Origin: Rebecca billardiae RCC1528
Lineage: Eukaryota > Protista > Haptophyta
NCBI GenBank assembly: GCA_965240325.2
Contig: OZ251240.1
Location: 620,001-684,000, forward strand
Direction of reading: 5' to 3'
DNA: 64,000 nucleotides
Under the pieces are notes generated by a model. That model was not told where the DNA came from and did not search any database. It was given only the letters and a program-made list of their open reading frames with translations. Positions 43,497 to 53,645 of this stretch are shown piece after piece. The stretch's first letter is position 1. Every line of letters begins with the position of its first letter. A program made the position numbers and the translations under genes.

Positions 43497-45899
43497 ATGT
43501 CGCAGGCGAACGAGCAGGGGTGGCGGACTGTGCGCGAGCAGCTCAGCGACGTGCGGCGTGCGGCGCGCAAGCGTCGGATTCTGCTCTCTGGGCCGCCCCT
43601 CGCGATCAGCTTGGTCCTCCTCACCGTTGGTGCCGTGCTGATCGTTGAATCGCTCACGGTTTTGATGAGCGCGCTCTGGATCGCGGGAGCGATGATGATT
43701 GCATTGTCGCTGCCGCTCGTGCTCCTGGCGCTGCTCCCGTCCGACAGCCGCGCCATCAAGTTTGCTGGCACCGCTATCAGCACCGCCGCTCTGATCCTCG
43801 GGTTCTATTGCCTCGGCCTGGCCCGGCTGGCGGCCGCGGCCTTCCGTACGCCCGCATGCAGCGCGACCGACCCGATCTACTCGGACTTCTTGCAGTATCT
43901 GGTGGTCGGGTGCTCGTGGATCGTTCTGAGCGCCTACGGCTTGTACAGCGTCGCGCAGGCGTTCCGTGGCCGGCTCTGGCCGAGCGCGCTCGGGCTGCGC
44001 CTCCACCGCATGCTGGGGATCGGGAACCTTGGCTTTGGCGCCGTCATCCTGTGGGGGACGGTGCAGCTCGTCCTGCGCTCGCCGCCCGTGTTCCGCACGG
44101 TGCACTTCGTGGGCAACGTCGTGCTGGGCACGTACGTCTCCGCGATCGGCGCGCTCGAGCTCACCAACGACGTGCGCGCGCGCCTGCACGGCTGGCTCGC
44201 CGAGCGCGGCGAGTTGATGTCCTCCGCCGCCGCGATTGCGGCGATGCTGCACAGCGAGGGCATCGAGGAGGTGCTGACGGGCGCGGCGTCGCGGATGCGC
44301 TGCGTGCGCGTGGACGCGCTCAAGCCGGACGACCTCCGCCGCAACGTCTACGCCCTCTCCACGCCCGCGCGCTTCGCCGACGTCGACGCGTTCATCACGC
44401 ACTCGCACCACGATCCACCCGCGCCCAAGTGGGCGGCGCTGCAGGCGTGGCGGCGGCAGTTTGTGCACACGCACGGCCGCGAGCCGACGGTGTGGCTCGA
44501 CACGTGCTGCATCGCGGTGGCGGAGGCGTGGACCGACGTTGCCAACCTGCCCTGCTACATCGCCGGCTGTAACGAGCTCGTCATCCTCGCCGGCCCCTCC
44601 TTCCTCTCGCGCATGTGGACGACGGTCGAGGTGTTCTGCTACACACACATGCGCGGCGCGACCGAGTCGATCACGCTGTACGAGCTGCCCGGCTTCGAGC
44701 GCGAGCGGGCGAGCGCGTCGTATGACGCGCACGCGTGCGTCGCCTCGCGCCGCGAGGACTACTTCCGACTGCTCGCGTGCATCGAGTCCGCGTGCGACGG
44801 CGGGATCGACGCGTTCAACTCTGAGATGCGAAGCCTGCTGCTGTCCGTGCCCGCTCGGCGCGCGGTCGCCGCCGCGGATGGCGGCGCTCCCGGGCCGTCT
44901 CGGCTGACGGCGGACGTCGCGCCGTTCGACGGCATCGTCCAGGTGGACCCCACTGCCGCCGACAACGGGGCCCAGCCCGAGCTCGAAAGCGGCGTCGCCG
45001 AGTTCGTGGTGCAGCCAGTGCCATCCGCGGGCGTCGCGCAGCAGCAGGCGGGCGGCGGCGGGCGAGCCGCCGCGCCGCAGCCGCGCGAGCTGGGGCTGTG
45101 GCGGCTCGTGCTGCACCGCCTGGCGGGGCGGCTGCCAGGGCGGGCGCGGCGGGCGCGTGGCGGTGACGACCATCTTGGCGCATCGCGCACCCGGGCACGC
45201 GTGGCCCGCCCTCCCGGCCCAGCCGCAGCTCAGGGCCGTTGCTCCCCGCGGGCGCGCGGCGTGGGCATCGCCCTCGTCGCTGCGTACGCCGTCGCCCTGG
45301 TGAGCGTGCTGGTGTGGGCGACCGCGCCCGCCGAGGCGGATTGCCGCGCGTGCGTGGCGTTCCTCGAGGAGCAGCTGCCGTCTGGCGGCGCGCGAGCCGG
45401 CGCGTGGCTCGCGCCCTCCTTCGCCAACCGCACGTCCGAGTACCCAAGTGAGTACCTCTTCTCGGGGCTGGGCGGATCGGCGCGCGCGGGCGAGAGCTCG
45501 TGGGGCGGCGCGCTGCGCGCATGCAGGGAGGAGGGCGGTAGCCTCGTCGCCATCGGCAGCGCCATCGAGGACCGCTTCGTGTACTGCGTGCAGCGCGTTG
45601 CGGCGTATGGCGCGTGGATTGGGTACACGCGTGCACGCCACGCCGATGCCACAGCCGGTGGCTGGGTGTGGGCGCGCGGCGCGCCGCTCGGTGGCAGCGG
45701 TGGAGGCACGCCAGCCTACCGCAACTGGGCGGAGGGCGAGCCCGCTGCAGACGGCGCGTGCGCGATCATCGGTGGGCAGCACCACGGCTGGTCAGCCGTG
45801 CAGTGCACTGCGCCTGCGCGCACATACTCCGACCTGCGCGCCTATGTGTGCGAGCGCGCGGCGCGGCCTGCACGTCGTCCCCCATCCTCGAGTGATTGA
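43497..45899 (+). CDS. 6TM + TIR-like domain + TM + C-type lectin domain protein (800 aa)
   Basis: Six hydrophobic helices. DAFITHSHHD..VWLDTCCI..LPCYIAGCNELVILAGPSFLSRMWTTVE. TM GVGIALVAAYAVALVSVLVWA. CTLD motifs SWGGALRAC..GGSLVAI..ED..WIG..YRNWAEGEP..C..W..VQC..YVCE. Confidence 0.85.
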   Translation: MSQANEQGWRTVREQLSDVRRAARKRRILLSGPPLAISLVLLTVGAVLIVESLTVLMSALWIAGAMMIALSLPLVLLALLPSDSRAIKFAGTAISTAALILGFYCLGLARLAAAAFRTPACSATDPIYSDFLQYLVVGCSWIVLSAYGLYSVAQAFRGRLWPSALGLRLHRMLGIGNLGFGAVILWGTVQLVLRSPPVFRTVHFVGNVVLGTYVSAIGALELTNDVRARLHGWLAERGELMSSAAAIAAMLHSEGIEEVLTGAASRMRCVRVDALKPDDLRRNVYALSTPARFADVDAFITHSHHDPPAPKWAALQAWRRQFVHTHGREPTVWLDTCCIAVAEAWTDVANLPCYIAGCNELVILAGPSFLSRMWTTVEVFCYTHMRGATESITLYELPGFERERASASYDAHACVASRREDYFRLLACIESACDGGIDAFNSEMRSLLLSVPARRAVAAADGGAPGPSRLTADVAPFDGIVQVDPTAADNGAQPELESGVAEFVVQPVPSAGVAQQQAGGGGRAAAPQPRELGLWRLVLHRLAGRLPGRARRARGGDDHLGASRTRARVARPPGPAAAQGRCSPRARGVGIALVAAYAVALVSVLVWATAPAEADCRACVAFLEEQLPSGGARAGAWLAPSFANRTSEYPSEYLFSGLGGSARAGESSWGGALRACREEGGSLVAIGSAIEDRFVYCVQRVAAYGAWIGYTRARHADATAGGWVWARGAPLGGSGGGTPAYRNWAEGEPAADGACAIIGGQHHGWSAVQCTAPARTYSDLRAYVCERAARPARRPPSSSD

Positions 45900-46239
45900 T
45901 TATTCAGTTTACTTTATATATAATATATATATATATATATACTCCATCCAGATGCAACGAGGAGGCGAGGCACATGCCGCGGGCAGGGCGGAGGAGCCAC
46001 GCCGTCCCCGGGACCACCCCTGCAGGCACCCCGCCACATCATCTGATCATGCCTTGAGAACTTGAGATCGATCTCGCGGAACTTATAATTAATTTAGGGT
46101 AATTTAGGCGGATGATCGGCTATGATATAGTTATAATTGATACTGTCTCTGCTGCTTTTTCTTGATGATCCGAGCTCGATCTCTCTCATCAGTCACTCTA
46201 CTCTCTATTATGAGTCTCTAACTCTCGTCTCTCTCTACT

Positions 46240-46258
46240 CTCTCGCTCTCTCTCTCTC

Positions 46259-46307
<49 letters not shown>

Positions 46308-46308
46308 C
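46240..46308. repeat. (CT)n microsatellite
   Basis: Direct reading. Confidence 0.95.
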
Positions 46309-46511
46309 TAATTATTACTCTCTATGCGTCTATAAAGTATAATGCTAGCTGCTAGTTAATATAGTTACCATTCAGGCGGGCATTGCCGGGTTGCACCCGG
46401 CAATGCTGCATTCACCCCGGTCCTACCGGAATGCAGGGCTCGCCCCGCTGGCCGCTCCGTGACCGTCAGCGCCGCGCGCCACACAGGCCACCACGACTTC
46501 ATTATCATCAA

Positions 46512-48405
46512 TACTGCTGCACGCATGATGGTAGTGACAGAGTACTGGCGGTACTGCTGCGCGCATGGTATGGTACTGCTGGGCGCGTGGTATGGCACTC
46601 ACATGGTCGTATGGTATGGTACTGCTGCACGCATGATGGTATGGTACTGCTGCGCGCATGGTAGCAGTATGGTAAGTACTGCTGCGCGCATGGTATGGTA
46701 CTGCCACGTGCATGGTACAGTATGGTACTGCTGCACGCATGTTGGTATGGTACTGGCGGTACTGCTGCGCGCATGGTATGGCACTGCTGTGCGCATGGTA
46801 TGGTACTGCTGCGTGCATGGTATGGTACTGCTGCACGCAAGAAACAAACAAGCGCGCAGGTGGTGGGAGCCAAGCAAGCAGACGCAAGCGCGCAGGTGGT
46901 GGGAGAAGCAAGCGCGCAGGTGGTGGGAGTGCTCGCAGGTGGTGGGAGAAGCAAGAACCAGCAGCTCGAAGCAGCAGGCACTCCGATGCGGCACCTCCCG
47001 AAGCTGCTGCATCCTTCTGACCGCCCGCGGTTTGCAGACGAAGCGTGGCCGCGACTACGAGCCGCACGCGCACGCGGTGCGCGCAGCGGTCATGGCGCTG
47101 GGTCCGGCGAGCAGCCGGGGTGAGGTTCAGGTACGAGGGGCACACACTATTCCGCATGCGCCTTGGCACCGACCACGCGCCGCATCCACTGGGAGATCTG
47201 CGGCCGCAAGAAGCGCGCGCCTTGGCGAGGGCGAAGCATCGTAGACCCGCCACCCGCCTGCGCAGTGCTTCCGCACCGCCGGCCGGGGCGGTCCGGCACT
47301 GCTTGCTTGGTATTTGTCCGGCTTCCTCAGCTCATACATCATCAGTCCTCACTCCTTCACCGATCACTGCGCACCGATCTCATGAAGGGAGCGAGCAACG
47401 GAGGAAGCTGAAGCACCTTCACAGGTCCTTGCTCTCTTGAAACAGTGAGGAACCGGAAGCAACCGAGAGGAAGCTGAACTGAGGAACCTTCACAGGTCCT
47501 TGCTCTCTCCGCAGCTTCATACTGTACGGTGTACCATGCACACAGCAGTACCATTGCCATACCGCATGCGCGCAGCAGTACCATACCATGCTCGCAGCTG
47601 AGTACCATACCATCATGCGCGCAGCAGTACGGCCATCATGCGTGCAGCAGTACCATACTACCATGCGCACAGCAGTACCATACCATGTGCGCAGCAGTAC
47701 CATACCATGCGCGCAGCAGTACCATACCATCATGCACGCAGCAGTACCATACGACCATGCTTGCAGCGCAGTACCATACCATGCGTGCAGCAGTACCATC
47801 CCTACCATGCGTGCAGTAGTGCCATATGGTACTGCCGGCACACATGGTATGGACTATGGTACTGCTGGGCGCATGGTATCCATGGCACTCACATGGCATG
47901 GTATGGCACCGCTGTGCACATGGTATGGTACTGCTGCAAGCATGGTAGTATGGTACTGCTGCACGCATGATGGTATGGTACTGCTGCTCGCATGGTATGG
48001 TACTGCGGCGCGCATGGTATGGTACTGCTGCGCGCACTGTAGTGTGGTACTGCTCGCTCGGTGTGCATGGTATATGGTACTGCATGGTATGTTATGGCCT
48101 ACTGCTGCGCGCATGGTATGGTACTGCTGCATGCATGGTAGGTACTGCTGCGCACATGATGGTATGGTACTGCTGCGCGCATGGTATGGTACTGCTGTGC
48201 GCATGATGGCGGTATGGTACTGCTGCACACATGGTGGTATGTACTGCTGCTGCGCGCATGGTATGGTACCGTGCCGCGCGGCATGGTATGATACTGCTGC
48301 ACGCATGATGGTATGGTACTGGCGGTACTGCTGCGCGCATGGTATGGCACTGCTGTGCGCATGGTATGGTACTGCTGCGTGCATGGTATGGTACTGCTGC
48401 ACGCA
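46512..48405. repeat. ~22 bp minisatellite (GCATGGTATGGTACTGCTGCGC) in three arrays: 46512-46840 (+), 47530-47825 (-), 47826-48405 (+)
   Basis: Dozens of degenerate units. Orientation flips at ccat|atgg (47825/47826). Confidence 0.92.
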
Positions 48406-48990
48406 AGAAACAAGCGCGCAGGTGGCGGGACGGCCAAGCAAGCAGACGCAAGCGCGCAGGAGTGGTGGGAGAAGCAAGCGCGCAGGTGGTGGGAGTGCTC
48501 GCAGGTGGTGGGAGAAGCAAGAACCAGCAGCTCGAAGCAGCAGGCACTCCGATGCGGCACCTCCCGAAGCTGCTGCATCCTTCTGACCGCCCGCGGTTTG
48601 CCACGAAGCGTCCGCAGACTCGGCGAGCCGCACGCGCACGCGGTGCGCGCAGCGGTCATGGCGCTGGGTCCGGCGAGCAGCCGGGGTGAGGTTCAGGTAC
48701 GAGGGGCGCACACTATTCCGCATGCGCCTTGGCACCGACCACGCGCCGCATCCACTGGGAGATCTGCGGCCGCAAGAAGCGCGCGCCTTGGCGAGGGCGC
48801 CACGAAGCATCCGGTAGACCCGCCTGCGCAGTGCTTCCGCACCGCCGGCCGGGGCGGCCCGGCACTGCTTGCTTGGTGTTTGTCCGGCTTCCTCAGCTCA
48901 TACATCATCAGTCCTCACTCCTTCACCGATCACTGCGCACCGATCTCATGAAGGGAGCGAGCAACTGATGTAAGCACCTTCACGGGTGTA
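46728..48990. repeat. ~690 bp direct duplication (46728-47420 and 48293-48990)
   Basis: Near-identical sequence, also visible as repeated translated text in the ORF track. Confidence 0.9.
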
Positions 48991-49685
48991 AGCACCTTCA
49001 CGGGTCCTTGCTCTCTTGTAGTGATATGAACCGTGGCGGTCCGGCACTGCTTGCTTGGTGTTTGTCCGGCTTCCTCAGCTCATACATCATCAGTCCTCAC
49101 TCCTTCACCGCGATCACTGCGCACCGATCTCATGAAGGGAGCGAGCAACTGATGTAAGCACCTTCACGGGTCCTGCTCTCTTGCCGAACCGTGGCGGTCC
49201 GGCACTGCTTGCTTGGTGTTTGTCCGGCTTCCTCAGCTCATACATCATCAGTCCTCACTCCTTCACCGATCACTGCGCACCGATCTCATGAAGGCAGCGA
49301 GCAACTGATGTAAGCACCTTCACGGGTGTAAGCACCTTCACGGGTCCTTGCTCTCTTGCCGTGAACCGTGGCGGTCCGGCACTGCTTGCTTGGTGTTTGT
49401 CCGGCTTCCTCAGCTCATACATCATCAGTCCTCACTCCTTCACCGCGATCACTGCGCACCGATCTCATGAAGGGAGCGAGCAACTGATGTAAGCACCTTC
49501 ACGGGTCCTGCTCTCTTGCCGAACCGTGGCGGTCCGGCACTGCTTGCTTGGTGTTTGTCCGGCTTCCTCAGCTCATACATCATCAGTCCTCACTCCTTCA
49601 CCGATCACTGCGCACCGATCTCATGAAGGGAGCGAGCAACTGATGTAAGCACCTTCACGGGTCCTTGCTCTCTTGCCGAACCGTG
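48859..49685. repeat. Tandem repeat, 5 units of ~158-182 bp
   Basis: Units start ccggcactgcttgcttggtg at 48859, 49041, 49199, 49376, 49534. Confidence 0.95.
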
Positions 49686-49702
49686 AGGAACGAGCCGGTG
49701 GA

Positions 49703-50790
49703 GCAAGGGCGGTCAGGGCTGCTAACTCCCAGTGCCGCGAGTGAGAGGAGGTTGGGTATCGATCAACTCGTGCGCCCTCGCGGCGCAGCGGCTATGTCTC
49801 CTGGGGCGCCGCCCTGGAGGGCGCGTGGGGTGCGCACGCCGCGTGCTCCTGCGCCCGCGGCAGCGGGCGCGGACACGGCGCGCGTGGTTGGTCGCATGCT
49901 AGACAGCACGTAGTACCCCCCCACGCCGCGCGCCGCGCTCGCCGGCGCCCTCGCCGTGCCTCAGGCCAGCCCGCGCCCGCGCGCCGCACCAAGATCCAGT
50001 TGTAGCCACGCGCCAGCCGCCGGCGCGCGCGCGGTGTGCGGTGCGGTCGGCGCGGGGCGGGCGCGCGCCCGGGGCGAGGCTCGTGTACGATCGGCGCGCG
50101 CCATGCCGCCACGCGTCGCCGAACACGAGCTTGATCACGTTCCACGCGGCTGCTGATGGGTGCTCGTCGAGCATTCCTCAGCCATCAGAAATGAGCTTGG
50201 ACAAGCGGCTGTGAGCGCGTCAGTGCGAGGAATGCGACGACTTGGGGACTCTTGCGCCATCATAGGATGCCAATCGTTCACACATCAGTGGTCTGCGCAT
50301 GTCTATCGCGCTTCGCTGCCTTCCCGTGATCGTCTCAACATGAGCATTTTCAAACTTGGCCAATGCACACTCGACAGCATGAAAACGCGTGCGCCGACCC
50401 ATGCGGGCGCCAGCGTGGCGGCGCGTGGCGGCATGGCGCGCGCCGATCGTACACGAGCCTCGCCCCGGGCGCGCGCCCGCCCCGCGCCGACCGCACCGCG
50501 CACCGCGCGCGCGCTGGCGGCTGGCGCGTGGCCACGGCTGGCTCTTGGTGCGGCGCGCGGGCGCGGGCTGGCCTGAGGCACGGCGAGGGCGCCGGCGAGC
50601 GCGGCGCGCGGCGTGGGAGGGCACTACGTGCTGTCTAGCATGCGACCAACCACGCGCGCCGTGTCCGCGCCCGCTGCCGCGGGCGCAGGAGCACGCGGCG
50701 TGCGCACCCCACGCGCCCTCCAGGGCGGCGCCCCAGGAGATCGATACCCAACCTCCTCTCACCGGCGCGGCAGAGTTCGCAGCCCTTGCG
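49703..50790. mobile_element. Fold-back/MITE-like structure: ~370-410 bp inverted arms around a ~300 bp spacer
   Basis: Left arm ~49703-50120 is the reverse complement of ~50417-50790 (e.g. gtgagaggaggttgggtatcgatc / gatcgatacccaacctcctctcac). The left arm carries an extra ~32 bp. Confidence 0.7.
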
Positions 50791-51691
50791 AGGAGGGATC
50801 CGACACTCCGGACCCTTGATCCGACCTTAGAATCATCATCATCACTACATCTCTTGCTGTTCCCGGGGACGTAGCTGGGGGAGTTGACTGACAGATTGCA
50901 CGAAAAACCGTTGGCCCCAATTGGGATCTGACTAAACTGTATTCCTCGGGATACCTATTGGAAGGCCATCAACCTTGTAAGAATCACCGGACTTCGCGTG
51001 TCCTACCGGAAAACTCGCTCCGCTCGCATGCTTGTTCTTACAGAACAACCAATGCGAGCGGGGCTCGCGATTATTACTCGCTCTCTATTTCTAATACTGG
51101 ACGCGCCGACAGTGTCAGTGACGTGACTTAATCAGTTCCGAGATATATACTGATGATGAGTACGACTCGCCAACGTACGACTGCGCGCGCTGACGATTTA
51201 TTTGTATACAGTGCCACCACGACGTGAGCTGCAGCCAGCAGTAGGACCCGGATGCACCAGCGCACCGCGCGGAGCACGAGCTGTCGCCAACACTGGACAG
51301 TGATGGATGCAGGATCGCGCTGCGGCGCGCGCCTGCGGCGCACGTCCGTCGTCTGCCGCATCTGCGTCGACCGAGTACCGTGTGGCCGTAGAAAGACACG
51401 AGTGACGAGTCTGGTCGGTCGCGATCCGTGCATCGCAAGTCGCCCACAGACTGAAGCTCACTCAGTGACGACTCGAGGGATGCCAAGTGGCTCTTGATGA
51501 ATGGAAGGTATGCTCGGGAGGCGCCGGCTCCCAGTGGGAGGAGTCGGACCGCCTGCGACACTCGAGTGGTGCGTGCGCTCGTGGCGACTTGCATGAGCGC
51601 CCATGGCGCAGCCTTGGGCACTTGGATGCTCGGCGTCACGGTCCACGGCCGCCGCCTCGGCTCGGCGGCCGCCGCTCTCGTCCGCGCGCGC

Positions 51692-53078
51692 TCACGCGCC
51701 CGTCTCGATGAACTTGCTCATCGCGGCGACCGTGCGCTCCTCAGAGGTGTACTTGACGACCTCGCCGCTCGCCTTCACGAGGTTGATCGTCGGGAACGAC
51801 TCGGTGTTGAAGTTGCTCTGCACGAAGTCGCGCTCCTCGTCGCCGCGGAACTTGTACACGGGCACCTTCGACGAGGCTGCGGGGCGCGCGCGCGGGCGTG
51901 GCGCGAGGCGCGAGGCGGTGGGCGGTGCGGGCGCGCGCACGCGCGAGCGCGCCGTTGGCGCGCGGCGCGCGACACGCACCAGCGAGCTTCTCGTACTCGT
52001 CCTCCATCGCCTGGCAGAACTGGCACCACGGCGCGTACACGACCATCAGCGCGTCCTCGCCCTTCCCCTTGAGCGCGAGCGCGTCGTCGGTGCTCTTGAG
52101 CTCGATCACGGCGTTGCTCTTGTCCCAGAGGTCGCGGTCGAACGTCTTCTCCGCGCCCTCGACGTGGATGCCGCACTCCGTCTTGGTGGAGCCGTCGGCG
52201 TTGGCGAGGCCGACGAAGCGGCCCTTGCGCTCGGACGCGTAGTCGAGCCACGCCGTCTTGTCACCCTCGAACGCGAAGTTGACGAAGCGCGTGCTGCCGT
52301 CCTCCGGGATCGGGATCGTGTCCTTGGCGTCGCCGATCGACGGGTACCCCTTGGCGTGCAGCGGGTGCGCCGACACCTTGTACGCGGCGATGTAGTCGAA
52401 GGTGTCCTCGAGCGTCCAGTACGCGAGCGGGTTGCACTTGGCGAGGCCGCCGCCGATCGGCGCGTTCTCGAACTGGTCGATCCACGCGCGCTCGAAGCCC
52501 TGCCAGCGCGTGCGGCCGTTGATCATGCAGTTGGTGTTGAGCTCCTTCAGGCCGCGCTGGAACGGCTCGACCTTGCACACCTTGTCGTACTGCTCGATGT
52601 TGACCTTCCACAGGTCGGCGCCGTACTTCTTGTCGTACGCCGCCTTGTCACCCACCGGGATGCCCTCCGCGCAGAAGACCTCCGCCTTGAAGCCGTACTC
52701 CTTCTCGATCTCGCGGAGGAACTCCATCGTCTCCGGGAAGAGGTGGAACGTGTCGACGACCATCACCTTGCACCTGCCGTCCTTGAGGTAGCCAAGGCGG
52801 TGCAGGAGGTGCGTGATCACGCAGTCGCCCGCGATCAGCGCGTTGGGGAACACCGCGTGGTCGTGGTTCTCGCACGCGATCTTGAGCGCAAACATGGCCT
52901 GCTCCTCGAGGTGCTTCAGCCGCATCTCCTTCGACTGCTGGATGTACGCCTCCTGGTCGAACATCGCGACGCGGGGCGAGGCGACGCGCGACGCCGCGCG
53001 CGGAGCCACGGCGCTCGACGCGACGCGCGGCGACAGGCTGAACGCCTGGGCGGCGAGTAGCAAGCTCGGCAGCATCAC
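51692..53078 (-). CDS. APR-B: Plastid-targeted adenosine 5'-phosphosulfate reductase, Fe-S-free (APR-B type), with C-terminal thioredoxin domain; intron 51877-51979
   Basis: VDTFHLFPET, KVEPF, NPLAYWT, HPLHAKGYPSIGD, ERKGRF, KTECGIH, then YAPWCQFC. Leader MMLPSLLLAAQA-F. Confidence 0.9.
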
Positions 53079-53645
53079 GCGGGTGGTCGCAATCTACTGC
53101 TCCACGGCCCCGTGCCGACGACGACGATGAAGATGCTGGGAGATTTCCGACGAGTTCCCTAAGTCGTTCAGACTCTCCGTGGCCCGCCTCTACTTGTCTT
53201 AGCGCAGTGCGTCACGGACCGTCACGACCGGCTCACGCACGTGCTGCCAACCACCACCACTTGTACGTGGTTGTGCTCGACAAGTACTAGGTGACACGTA
53301 TACGCACTGACAAGGCTATCACGGCACAGCAGTGACTGCATACGTGAATACACTGTGCAGATCATATTGAACTCCGTCGGCCGATGTTCTAGCCGAGACG
53401 AGTCGGCGACGTCCGGGCCGCGCGAATCAGTGCTGCTGGCGGCAGTCGGCAACGGACGTCGAGTGCGCGCACGCTGCGCGGCCGAGAGTCCCCGTGACCG
53501 TGAAGTACGCGGCCGTGAACTGCGGCGGTCCAAGCCGCCCGAAGCGCAGTATCGCAGAGGCGCCCGTCGGCACAGCCGTGGCGGACGGGCGGTGGCAGCG
53601 CTGGCTCGAGAGCCTCGAGACTCGGAGCGAGCGGCCGGGCGGCGG

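Noticed and set aside
46383-48968. Cys/Trp/Tyr/His-rich ORFs (MVWYCCAHG..., AAVPYH...)
   Set aside because: Translations of the 22 bp minisatellite in all frames and both strands, with no coding signature.
46512-49685. Possible CRISPR array
   Set aside because: Repeats are contiguous or degenerate without unique spacers, there are no cas genes, and the context is eukaryotic.
51115-51639. 174 aa minus-strand ORF downstream of APR
   Set aside because: No motifs and a non-ATG start. Probably 3' UTR or intergenic.
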